In this document: piece after piece, positions 13,187 to 23,117 of the stretch | How the letters are laid out: every line of letters starts with the position of its first letter | Position numbering within the stretch: the stretch's first letter is position 1 | Origin: Epithemia pelagica | Lineage: Eukaryota > Protista > Bacillariophyta | Assembly: GCA_946965045.2 (NCBI GenBank) | Contig: OX337238.1 | Span: 3,345,955-3,409,954 of the forward strand | Reading direction: 5' to 3' | Length of the DNA: 64,000 nt | Notes under the pieces: model-generated | The model's database searches: none | The model's input: the letters and a program-made list of their open reading frames with translations, nothing else | Told to the model about the DNA's origin: nothing | Made by a program: the position numbers and the translations under genes

Positions 13187-13200
13187 CGCTTCCTCTGCGC
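13187..13200 (+). promoter_or_regulatory. Putative primer-binding site complementary to the tRNA-iMet D-arm
   Basis: CGCTTCCTCTGCGC directly abuts the 5' LTR. Its reverse complement GCGCAGAGGAAGCG matches eukaryotic tRNA-iMet nt 10-23 (GCGCAGCGGAAGCG) at 13 of 14 positions. Confidence 0.6.
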
Positions 13201-13236
13201 TGTTAACAGCTTACACGTTGTCACTCAAGAATCACC

Positions 13237-14490
13237 ATGGCCGCGAACTTCGCTCTATCTCCAGCCCACGCCAACGCCAATCAAGTGATCAACTTCACGA
13301 CGGCAGGAGGCGCCAAGTTTTACAAGCAAGCGACACGTGGATTGTACGATGGTGGTGACCTCTACGACCTCAACGCAGAAGGATTGAAGACGTTCCTAGA
13401 TACCTTGCAGGATCGGATCGTGGAACAGAACTGGACGTCTATCTTTTCGATTCCAGAAGCAATCGCCGCTCCAGCAGCAAACCTTCGTAACTTGACGTCC
13501 GAATACGGTCGCGTCTCTCTTCAACAAGTCCGAGCCTTCGTCGACCACTACAATGGGCAGAATCGTCAGACGCAGAACTCATACATGGCCTACACATGTA
13601 TCATGGCTTCACTTACCAAAGACGCAAAGGCACAAGTGAATATTCGACGCGAAGATTTTACGATCAATGGCCGCGGAGCTGGACCTCTCCTTCTCAAGGT
13701 TCTCGTCTCGCTTGCTCATGTGGACACGGAAGCCACGGTTATGGTACTCCGTCAACGCCTGGCCGACTTGCACGTGTACATTATGGACATCAACGCGGAC
13801 ATCGCCAAGTTCAATTTCTATGTGGACGAAACCCTTCGAGCCCTCAACGCGCGCGGCGAGCAAACTCTGGACCTCCTTCCCAACCTTTTCAAGGCGTATG
13901 AAAATGTGAACGACGATAACTTTCTGGAGTTTATCCGTCGCAAGAAGAACGCATATGAAGAAGGTGACAATCCGGGATTGACCCCGCGCCAACTTATGAC
14001 ATTGGCACGCACCAAGTATCAGACCTTGATCAAGCAAAAGAAATGGCAGGCGCTCTCGGCACGTGACCAGAAACTGATCGCTCTCGAAGCATCCGTGAAC
14101 AAACTCAAGGACTCGAAACGTAAGGCAGTGCAGACGGACCAAAAGAAACAGTCAGCAAAAGTGAAGACGGACAAGACTACGGACACCAACAAGGGATGGC
14201 TTACGATTGGTCCCAAGAGCGGGCAACCGGAGGTTAAAGAAGTTAACGGCAAGACTTGGTATTGGTGCAAATGGCACCAGAAGTGGTCAACTAACAAGAA
14301 TCACACGTCTGCGACATGCAACGGACGTGGTCTTACCGGAGACAAGAAACGCGCTTATGACGAAGCTCACGGGACTGGTGACGGTGGAAGTCAAGCTGAT
14401 TCATCTACCCCAGGACTCCGCCTAGCAAGTGCCTTAGCTAACCTGTCTCCAGACGACGAAGAAGATGATGATGACAGCAACGACGAGTGA
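13237..14490 (+). CDS. gag: copia Gag
   Basis: A 417-aa ORF inside the LTR element with a C-terminal zinc-knuckle-like motif WCKWHQKWSTNKNHTSATC. Confidence 0.85.
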   Translation: MAANFALSPAHANANQVINFTTAGGAKFYKQATRGLYDGGDLYDLNAEGLKTFLDTLQDRIVEQNWTSIFSIPEAIAAPAANLRNLTSEYGRVSLQQVRAFVDHYNGQNRQTQNSYMAYTCIMASLTKDAKAQVNIRREDFTINGRGAGPLLLKVLVSLAHVDTEATVMVLRQRLADLHVYIMDINADIAKFNFYVDETLRALNARGEQTLDLLPNLFKAYENVNDDNFLEFIRRKKNAYEEGDNPGLTPRQLMTLARTKYQTLIKQKKWQALSARDQKLIALEASVNKLKDSKRKAVQTDQKKQSAKVKTDKTTDTNKGWLTIGPKSGQPEVKEVNGKTWYWCKWHQKWSTNKNHTSATCNGRGLTGDKKRAYDEAHGTGDGGSQADSSTPGLRLASALANLSPDDEEDDDDSNDE

Positions 14491-14539
14491 CAACCAAACC
14501 CGGGGTGGTTCCCCGGGCTGCTTCAAGACATCAAGCAGC
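14488..14539 (+). promoter_or_regulatory. Putative stop-codon readthrough signal
   Basis: TGA, then an 8-nt spacer CAACCAAA, then the stem CCCGGGG/TGGTT/CCCCGGG (14499-14517), then a second stem CTGCTT/AAGCAG. Gag and pol are in the same frame with no other stop between them. Confidence 0.7.
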
Positions 14540-17500
14540 TCATATACACAGTATTAGTGACGATCGTGTTATCAGGTTATACTATACTGTGTTTCGAGCT
14601 ATGGTCCCCTAGACGAACTACCATCGACTACTGGCTAAAGACCGCAAGCAACGCATGCGACCAGATGGCGACTACTATGGCGACCGCAATCAAGACGAAG
14701 AAGAAAAGACGACTCGACCATGGTAAACTACGACGACGGAGGAAGATGACCGGACTCCTAAGAGCATTATGCATGGTGACGATTCTTACTTCAACAACTG
14801 GATTAGTATCCAACAGAGCGGCCCATGACGTCGGATTCGATACCGACAGCCGCAAAGTACTCATCGACAACTGTGCCACTGCGTCCATCACCAACGACAT
14901 CAACGATTGTTGCACGAAACCAGTCAAGATTAAGCGACGAGTGAAAGGAGTGGCCGGGACGTTCCACCCAGACATTTACGAGACGACGATACGATGGGAT
15001 ATCGAGGACGACGATGGGAAAATACATACAATCACGCTTCCCCGATCATTCTACATCCCATCAACGCCGACGCGACTCTTGTCTCCACAACACTGGGCTC
15101 AAACCGCAAAAGACAACAAACCTGTACCGAGAGGGACTCGATGCACAACATATGGTAACAGTATCGAACTCGTGTGGGGACAAGGACACTTCAAACGAAC
15201 AGTGCCGCTCAACAAGAAGGGATCAAACGTTGGAGAATTCACAACGGCCCCAGGCTATACACGATACGAGACGTTCTGCAAGAAAGCGGGCACAACGATC
15301 GAACAAGAAGATAACAAACCACTGTTAGCTCACAACGCGAATCTTATCGAAGACGACGACGAGTCCATCATTGAACGATCTCCAGCAACGGTCGGAGAAG
15401 ACGAATCGACAGACGACGAGAGTATTTTCCAAAACGACAATCTCGACGACGAGGAAAATGAGAAGTACTTTCCGAGTAGAGATGTACCGATGACTACAGA
15501 ATTTCTCATCGGTCCGAATGAAACGGTACACGTGATCCCCAACGAAGAAGAACGACTACCCGAGAGTCCAACGCTAGAGTTACTCAGGACTCACCACCGT
15601 ATGGGACACCTCTCTATGGCTAAGATCCAATCAATGGCACGTCAGAGTATACTCCCAAAACGACTGGCTAACTGCAAAATACCTGTTTGTACAGCATGCA
15701 TGTACGGAAAGGCGACCAGACGCCCATGGAGAATCAAGGGTCATCGAGGTACATTGGACGTCATGACGTCACCAGGACAATGCGTATCCGTGGATCAAAT
15801 GATATCCAAGACTCCAGGGTATATAGCCCACTTACGAGGGACTCCAACACGGGACCGATATAAGGTGGCTACTATCTTTGTGGATCACTATTCAGGTATA
15901 GGTTACGTTCACTTGCAGAGAACTACATCGGCAAAAGACACTATAGAAGCTAAAGATCGATTCGAAGCATGGGCCGATACGCATGGAGTTGCAATTCGTC
16001 ATTACCATGCCGATAACGGTATCTTCGCTGACAACAAGTTCCGAGAAGCCGTCCAAGCGAAAGGCCAACGCCTTACCTTCAGCGGGGTCAACGCACACTT
16101 CCAGAGCGGTATGGCCGAACGCCGCATTCGGGACCTACAAGAATCAGCACGAACCATGCTAGTTCATGCACAGAGACGCTGGCCGTCCACCATAACGACG
16201 AACCTATGGCCCTACGCCATAAGATACGCCAACGACATGTTCAACGAAGCACCTATGAAGAAACAGAAAGACAAAACTCCAATGGAGTTATTCACTGGTT
16301 CAACAGTTCGGTTCAATACAAGACTAGCCCATACGTTCGGGTGTCCCGCTTACGTGCTTGACAACAATCTCCAGAGTGGAACACCTATCCCGAAATGGTC
16401 AGAACGCGCTCGGGTTGGCATTTTCTTGGGATACTCTCCGCAACATTCTAGAACCATTGGGCTTATTCTATCACTATCATCCGGATTGACGTCACCTCAG
16501 TTCCATGTGCAGTACGACGACGCTTTCGAAACACTAAGGGCGAGTTTTGGAGAAGCCCCGCCAGTATCACAATGGCAGTACAAAGCAGGATTTACGAAAA
16601 GAGCCCCACGAATGAGGGAGACAGCAAGTGTACCTCAACTCGGAAGCACAGCGACGTCACCAAGGAGAACAAGAATTGCAAACGACGTGCCGCATGACAA
16701 CGACGTATCACATAATGAAGAACCGTCCTCGGACACTATGCATCCTACCTTAGATGAGGGAGAAACGCTACCCCAACATGAGGGAGCTAGGCGGTCGCAA
16801 CGTACAACCCGTCGGACTCAGAGGTATCAGGACTATTTGACATCGCTACAAGACGAAAACGACGCCATTGCAGAATTAGCTATCACTGCTAAACCAGCGA
16901 TTACGGTCAAGACAGCCCAAGCAAACAGTAACCCAGATGTAATGTACTGGCATGAAGCTATGAAACAGAAGGATCGAGAAGAGTTCATCAAAGCCGCTCA
17001 GAAAGAAGTACAAGATCATAGCGACAATGGCCTATGGGAAGTTGTCAAAAGGAAGGATATTCCGAAAGGAGCATTGATTTCACGCGGAGTATGGAGCTGT
17101 GTTCGAAAACGAAGACTCAAAACAAGAGAAGTCTATAAATGGAAATCAAGGCTCGCTTACGACGGGTCTATGCAAGAAAAGGGAGTCAACTACTGGGAAA
17201 CATATGCCCCAGTTATTCAATGGCCGGTCGTCCGTTTTGTCTTAACTATGGCACTTACTCAAGGATGGCATATCAAGCAAGTTGATTACGTCTTGGCGTA
17301 TACGCAAGCAGTGGCGGAGACCGACATGTACATGGAGGCGCCAAGGAGCTTTACATTCGACACCAAAGGCAATCAACGAGCCGAGGATTACGTGCTCAAA
17401 ATCAAACAAAATTATTACGGCCAGAAACAAGGAGCCCGAGTATGGAACCAGCACTTGGTCAAGCGGCTGAAAGACGTGGGTTTCCAACAGAGTGCATATG

Positions 17501-18546
17501 ATGAATGCCTCTTTTACCACGGAAAGTGCGTGTACATTTTGTACACTGATGACTCTCTCTTGATGGGCCCAGACCAAGACGAGCTAAACAGGTTGATTGT
17601 CACAATGGAAGAAAGTGGATTGAAGATGACGTACGAGGACGGAGTAAATGATTTTCTCGGAGTCAACGTTGAAAAGAAAGACGATGGAACCATCCATTTG
17701 ACCCAACCACATTTGATCGACTCGATCCTCCACGACCTTCACTTGGTCGACGAAACAACCAAGACAAAAGACACACCGGCACCCACAACGGTACGACTAA
17801 GACAAGATCAGGACGGGAAGCCTTTTGACGGACACTTCCATTATCGAGCCGCAATAGGGAAACTGAATTTTTTGGAAAAGAGCACTCGGCCAGATATCAG
17901 CTTCGCCGTTCACCAATGTGCAAGATTTTGTGAGAATCCACGAGCGATACATGGCAAAGCAGTAAAACACATTGCACGTTACCTTGCTGCCACAAAGAAG
18001 AAGGGGATCATCCTCAACCCAGACGAGACACAGTCGTTCCAAGTCTTCGCAGACGCCGACTTCGCAGGCAATTTCAATAAGCTGGACCACCCGAATCGGG
18101 ACATGGCACGATCGAGAACAGGGTTTGCAGTCATCTATGCTGGTTGTCCCATCCTGTGGCAATCCAAATTGCAGTCAGAGATCGCATTATCAACAACGGA
18201 AGCCGAGATTATAAGCCTCTCGCATGCATTACGTACCGTGATCCCATTGATGTCCATCACTCGAGAGATGAAGGAATTGGGTTTCCCAGTACTATCCACA
18301 ACGCCACAAGTCCACTGCAAGGCATTCGAAGATAACAGTGGCGCTGTGGAATTAGCAACAGTACACAAGTATCGCCCTCGAACACGATATCTCTGCACCA
18401 AGTTGTTCCACTTCAAATCTTTTGTGGAACGAAAGGAAATCGAGATCCTCCCATGCGCGACAGACGACCAGACGGCAGATATCTTCACAAAATCTCTTAG
18501 TACGACGCCCTTCGAGAAACACCGCAAGAAACTTCAAGGATGGTAG
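14491..18546 (+). CDS. pol: copia Pol (protease, integrase, RT, RNase H)
   Basis: LIDNCAT protease motif, HHRMGH...CTAC zinc finger, integrase D-D-E (VSVDQ, HADNG, AERRI), RT (YKWKSRLAYDG, LYTDD) and RNase H (FADADF, EAEIISL, FEDNSG). Confidence 0.95.
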   Translation, partial: QPNPGWFPGLLQDIKQLIYTVLVTIVLSGYTILCFELWSPRRTTIDYWLKTASNACDQMATTMATAIKTKKKRRLDHGKLRRRRKMTGLLRALCMVTILTSTTGLVSNRAAHDVGFDTDSRKVLIDNCATASITNDINDCCTKPVKIKRRVKGVAGTFHPDIYETTIRWDIEDDDGKIHTITLPRSFYIPSTPTRLLSPQHWAQTAKDNKPVPRGTRCTTYGNSIELVWGQGHFKRTVPLNKKGSNVGEFTTAPGYTRYETFCKKAGTTIEQEDNKPLLAHNANLIEDDDESIIERSPATVGEDESTDDESIFQNDNLDDEENEKYFPSRDVPMTTEFLIGPNETVHVIPNEEERLPESPTLELLRTHHRMGHLSMAKIQSMARQSILPKRLANCKIPVCTACMYGKATRRPWRIKGHRGTLDVMTSPGQCVSVDQMISKTPGYIAHLRGTPTRDRYKVATIFVDHYSGIGYVHLQRTTSAKDTIEAKDRFEAWADTHGVAIRHYHADNGIFADNKFREAVQAKGQRLTFSGVNAHFQSGMAERRIRDLQESARTMLVHAQRRWPSTITTNLWPYAIRYANDMFNEAPMKKQKDKTPMELFTGSTVRFNTRLAHTFGCPAYVLDNNLQSGTPIPKWSERARVGIFLGYSPQHSRTIGLILSLSSGLTSPQFHVQYDDAFETLRASFGEAPPVSQWQYKAGFTKRAPRMRETASVPQLGSTATSPRRTRIANDVPHDNDVSHNEEPSSDTMHPTLDEGETLPQHEGARRSQRTTRRTQRYQDYLTSLQDENDAIAELAITAKPAITVKTAQANSNPDVMYWHEAMKQKDREEFIKAAQKEVQDHSDNGLWEVVKRKDIPKGALISRGVWSCVRKRRLKTREVYKWKSRLAYDGSMQEKGVNYWETYAPVIQWPVVRFVLTMALTQGWHIKQVDYVLAYTQAVAETDMYMEAPRSFTFDTKGNQRAEDYVLKIKQNYYGQKQGARVWNQHLVKRLKDVGFQQSAYDECLFYHGKCVYILYTDDSLLMGPDQDELNRLIVTMEESGLKMTYEDGVNDFLGVNVEKKDDGTIHLTQPHLIDSILHDLHLVDETTKTKDTPAPTTVRLRQDQDGKPFDGHFHYRAAIGKLNFLEKSTRPDISFAVHQCARFCENPRAIHGKAVKHIARYLAATKKKGIILNPDETQSFQVFADADFAGNFNKLDHPNRDMARSRTGFAVIYAGCPILWQSKLQSEIALSTTEAEIISLSHALRTVIPLMSITREMKELGFPVLSTTPQVHCKAFEDNSGAVELATVHKYRPRTRYLCTKLFHFKSFVERKEIEILPCATDDQTADIFTKSLSTTPFEKHRKKLQGW

Positions 18547-18573
18547 CATCATCTTTCCCCGTCCGTGAGGGAG

Positions 18574-19046
18574 TGTTCAAAAGATCTACGTAATCGTCCG
18601 GGAATGGACCCGGGACTCCCATTCGGAAGTAGGAGATCGGCCGAAGAAAAGATGAGCATCATTCATCTTGAGAATTTGTCCCTCAAAGGACAAGAACGAC
18701 GGGCATCCAAACAAGATGCTCACGAACGATACAACAAAGACAACGCGTCATCGTCATGAGCGTTTAGAAGTGACAAACCGGCCCAATTCAACTGATACAG
18801 GCCAAAAGAATAACTGGCATTGCCTAAAAGGAACAACGGCCAAGAACGGGCAGGAGACACCCATTTAGGAAAACAAGATCGATGGACGATTGAACTATCG
18901 CCCAACCATCGACTCAACGCATCAAAAGGAAAGACCTCAACGCCTTAGGCTGCAACACGCTAGATTAACCAAATAAACTCACAACTTAACTTCGTTTACA
19001 CGGGTTGAGCTCTTTCTCTTTTACCTACGGTAGGGAGAAAACAACA
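18574..19046 (+). repeat. 3' LTR
   Basis: Copy of 12714-13186. Confidence 0.97.
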
Positions 19047-20119
19047 GATACCTTGGCCTTTCTGTCGCCCGAACAAGTCCAAATCGATCCGAGAGCCGAT
19101 CTTTTACCCTCGGCCATTGAAAGTGGTGCTTGTTTGGTCCGAACTATAGAGACGAATCGAGCAGAACAAGAAAACGGAGATCCTCAACGACCAGCTCACA
19201 ACGCTTTGGTCCGTCACAGCAAATCCTTCTTTGCTCCCTGTGGAATGCAACCCAATACGAGTAGGAATCGTGAATGTTGTTGTATATGTGGCGCAACGGA
19301 ATCCGCAAGACAGATATCCTTGCACATGGTGTATTCGTATGAAAAACGGTACAAGTGGCGTCCACGAACAACCACAAGGGAGTTCCAAAGGATGCAAGTA
19401 CAAGAAATTGCAATCATGAGAAAACGTTGAATGCTGCCCTTGCCTTTTGTTCATTGTCGACTGAGCATGCGACACTTGCGCAAGACTGTGGTCCCTGACC
19501 GGGAAGTGTATCGTGGATCGCTCATAGCAAAGACTCCACAGTCGTCGTGGTCGAAAGTCAACTGCGACGTTGACGGTCCAAGGAAATGACTGGCGCGGCT
19601 TCCTTCACACCACAACGTGTATTTCACTGCAGAGAGATACGATTCCTTGGGCCGCCGTTCGTGCATCCAGGAACTGACTAGAGGTTCTCAGGCTGGTTTG
19701 ATTGGGCGTCTTTCGAGAGGCAAGATGTCCTTTTCGTGCTGAAGTACCGTATTCCGTTACTGTTGCCACGATCGCTCCAAGCTACGGCAAAACTGATACC
19801 ATTCCACCAGCATTCTCTGAGGAACACCGATGGTGAAACCATTTCCAATGTGCATTGATACGCAATGCCTCCATCCAATTCACAGTCGTCAACAGTCCGG
19901 GTCCCCGAAGTTGCATCCGATCCATGTCTTATTGACACGCGCGGCTTTGATCAAGGCTAGAGCGCTCCATTCAAAGAATAAAACTGAACCACGTCCCAGA
20001 GCACGAATTCGGTCACTTGGACAACGAAGGAACATGATGATCATGCGCCTCCAATCTTTTGGCTGTGTGTCATGCATCCTATGTGCGATCAACACTCTGG
20101 CTCAAATGCTTCCACGCGT

Positions 20120-20862
20120 TACCCTCTAGCGGGGGTGGTTTCGAGATTGAAGTTTCTGTGAACCACCCCCATACCTTTTTCCTGGCTCCTGTCGCCCGGC
20201 ATATCTCATTCCTTCCACCGCGATAACAACACGACAATCAAACTTTGTCGTTGCTGGTGACCTCCTACGGCCACCCCATCATGATCCGACCATCACATGC
20301 TTCATATTGGTACCATGGCAGTGCATTGTGAGGGGCATAGTGCATGCGGGCCATTCTAGGAAATGACCAATACAGTGACGCTGTAATACGGCACAATAGG
20401 AGACTATGATGGCGTGAAAAAAAATGAGAGTTGCTGTTTTGCTATCCATACACTGTGTAGCTACTACTGTGATGTGTATTGTGTACCAATAGGTGTCCAA
20501 ACAATGCAAGATAAGAGCCATATAGTCCCTTTGAGTTGCTTCGTTCGAAATGGCAAGACGTCGCGTCCGTTCCTGTGCCACGAGGCATGGCGCCTATGAG
20601 TCTGATGCATAACAGCCTTAACCTTTAAACTTTGGTGATGCAGATGTATTCTACACTATTGGTTTGAGGTCTATGACGGGGAAGACAGGTTTGAAGAGTC
20701 CAAATAGGTGCACAACAACCTGTGCAACACCATGGTCCGTGTTGTTATCGTGGTGGAGGAAATGAGATATGCCGGCCGACTGGAAACAGGTTATTTCTGG
20801 CAAATAGGTATGGGGGTGGCTCAGAGAAATTACACCCTCTAAGCCACCCCCGCTGGGGGGTA
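20120..20862. mobile_element. Non-autonomous MULE/Mutator-like element
   Basis: 57-bp imperfect TIRs (10 mismatches) beginning TACCC, a 10-bp TSD TTCCACGCGT at 20110-20119 and 20863-20872, and no transposase ORF. Confidence 0.8.
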
Positions 20863-21024
20863 TTCCACGCGTACGAGAGAAGCTATTACGCTCCAGCGAA
20901 AGTGATTTTTTTATTTAGGAAAAACAGTGTATGCTCACAACAGAACCCTGGATCTTCACCGCTGGGGGTGAGTCCGAACCCATCATCAATCACAGAGCAT
21001 CCGCTGCAGTCATTGTTTGGAACC

Positions 21025-22212
21025 ATGACCACGACACTGAAAGAACAAGCATGGCAGTCGGACCTTGTCCTACCGGACGAGACAGCAGAATGGGATGAAA
21101 ACGATTGGCCTGCTTTTCTGGGAGGAGCGCGAGAGTATCATGCTTCGGTCGTACTTGACCATCCCGAGACGGAAAACGATAGCAACAACAGGGGGCAGAC
21201 GGTCGTCGTGTTGGGAGGATATCAAACAGGCCAAGGCGAGCTCAATTCCATTCTGTTATTGAATCTGGCAGACCAAAACAAGCAGTGGCGAGAAGGGCCA
21301 CCCATGAACAAGAGACGTGCTGGACATGCCACTGTTGTGTGCAACGGTCGCGTCTACGTCATGGGCGGATTCAATCGAGTAACTTTGGATTGTATTGAAC
21401 GAATCGATGCCAATGATTTGCTACAATCATCCTTAACAACAACCACCACGCATGAGAGTCATTGGACGACATTGACATGTCGATTATCGACGAGAAGAAA
21501 TGGATGTTGTGCTGTTGCGGTGCATGATCGATACATTGTTGTAATGGGTGGCTGTTACAACCATCGCGATTTGTCGTCGGTGGATATTATTGATACCAAC
21601 AATCACATTGTCACTGCTGGACCAAGCATGACTGTTCCTCGATCATACTGTGCCAGTGCGGTGATTGGACACCGCATCTTTGTCGTTGGAGGTTGTTATG
21701 GGCATGCCTTTCTTGACTCGGTGGAGTATTTGGACTATGCAACACCCTGTGACAAGGATGCGACAAAAAAGGAGATAGGCTCGGCGTCCATTTCTTTCTC
21801 AGCCACCTGGACCACTCATTTGGAGTTGAGGCTTTCCAATGGACGAAGGTCTTGTGCAATGGTTGCCGTCGGATCCTGTCTGACTGTGGCGGGAGGATGG
21901 GACAATTCAACTGTGGAAGTTTTGGATACGCACCGCATCCGCGTTTGGAATCTCGCTGGAGTTCAAGAACAACGTTGGGGCTGCAGTATGGTGACTGTTG
22001 CCAATCATGTTGCCGTGATTGGTGGATGGGACAATCCTACCTGTGCGACATTTCCACTACTGGATAAGCATACTTGGTGTTTTCGTTGTCTCTGTGAGCA
22101 GCCTCGGAGGGAATGGTATTATTGTCCAGAAAGATCGGGTAACGAAGATGTTAGTGAAATAGCCTGCACCATCTCGACATCCGCTCTTAAACGATTGAGG
22201 ACCAATACATGA
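21025..22212 (+). CDS. Kelch-repeat protein K3
   Basis: Intact six-blade ORF; ATG at 21025 (MTTTLKEQAW). Confidence 0.9.
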   Translation: MTTTLKEQAWQSDLVLPDETAEWDENDWPAFLGGAREYHASVVLDHPETENDSNNRGQTVVVLGGYQTGQGELNSILLLNLADQNKQWREGPPMNKRRAGHATVVCNGRVYVMGGFNRVTLDCIERIDANDLLQSSLTTTTTHESHWTTLTCRLSTRRNGCCAVAVHDRYIVVMGGCYNHRDLSSVDIIDTNNHIVTAGPSMTVPRSYCASAVIGHRIFVVGGCYGHAFLDSVEYLDYATPCDKDATKKEIGSASISFSATWTTHLELRLSNGRRSCAMVAVGSCLTVAGGWDNSTVEVLDTHRIRVWNLAGVQEQRWGCSMVTVANHVAVIGGWDNPTCATFPLLDKHTWCFRCLCEQPRREWYYCPERSGNEDVSEIACTISTSALKRLRTNT

Positions 22213-22700
22213 TGGAGGATGGCACTTGAAATGTTCAACAGGTTGCACGGCCATGAGCTTGGCAACTATATCATGACCATTATACTATCGTACAAAACAG
22301 GACATCGTGTCCATCCTAAGTTACGCTGTGAATCATTTAAGATTATGAAAAGCTCTAAATCACTTTAACCATGCACGAGTGGCTTGCTCTGTCGAAAAAG
22401 ACATTACTCTAGTTTTACTTTAGACTGCTTTCAAAAAGCAACTCCTAGTTTGGTTTGAAGGCTCCACCTTCTATAGAAGATGACCGCACATGAATTTCCT
22501 TCTGACGCCATGGCGTTTGTGGCAGTCGGATCCATGCACCATGGTGAGCAATCGTGTAGTAGATAATGAGATGTCTGCAAACCTGCGGATATCTGGCAAC
22601 CACACTTGGATGAATGGCCATGGTACCGTTTCCTCGTGCTGTTGAATACTCTCTGGTCTTGATCAGAATGAATCATCTTTGAATGGAAGATGACAGTCTT

Positions 22701-23117
22701 TCATGGTCTCGTTTCAACTCTAAGGCAAAGAAGAAGCGGCCTGAATTGTCTCTCTTCAAGTGATGGCATATAAAGAACAAGTGACGTTTCGACCATGACC
22801 TGATAGTTGTGGGACAGTCGGTGGGGCCATGCATTGGTAGCAACGGCGGGATCCCACAGCCAACACAGTTTGTCTTCGTTTTGTTTCCGTTGCGATGGTA
22901 GCAGTGCAAAGTATACTTCCCCTGTTGCAGGCAGGACAAGTTTATCGTGGGTCGTCGTCGATTCCTCGTTCTTGGTGTCAATGTCTCGTTGTGGAGCAAC
23001 CAATCCGTCGACGCGGTACAAATATTGGTGGTGTGCTACAATTCCCAAGACTGTGCTTCGGGTGGACCTTGTTCCAACAAGGCAACTGTTTTGGAAGTCG
23101 TCATTTGATCCACCCAT
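22701..23117 (-). CDS. Small ORF or exon with possible PWWP/Tudor-like domain
   Basis: GEVYFALLPSQRKQNEDKLCWLWDPAVA...SLVLYMPSLEE; paralog of 5655-6008. The true 5' end is not determined. Confidence 0.4.
   Translation of the reverse strand: MGGSNDDFQNSCLVGTRSTRSTVLGIVAHHQYLYRVDGLVAPQRDIDTKNEESTTTHDKLVLPATGEVYFALLPSQRKQNEDKLCWLWDPAVATNAWPHRLSHNYQVMVETSLVLYMPSLEERQFRPLLLCLRVETRP

Larger units (their letters stand above)
12714..19046 (+). mobile_element. Full-length Ty1/copia LTR retrotransposon
   Basis: Two 473-bp LTRs (TG...CA), GATACC duplicated at 12708-12713 and 19047-19052, gag followed by PR-IN-RT-RH in copia order, and a purine tract at 18567-18573. Confidence 0.97.
12381..19430 (+). 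pseudogene. Host gene interrupted by the copia insertion (Tudor-like N-terminus)
   Basis: Exon 12381-12509, a putative GT-AG intron at 12510-12578 (phase 0), then exon 12579-12713. Removing the element and one TSD copy rejoins ...NDNAWLDT|LAFLSPEQ... in frame through 19430. Confidence 0.45.
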
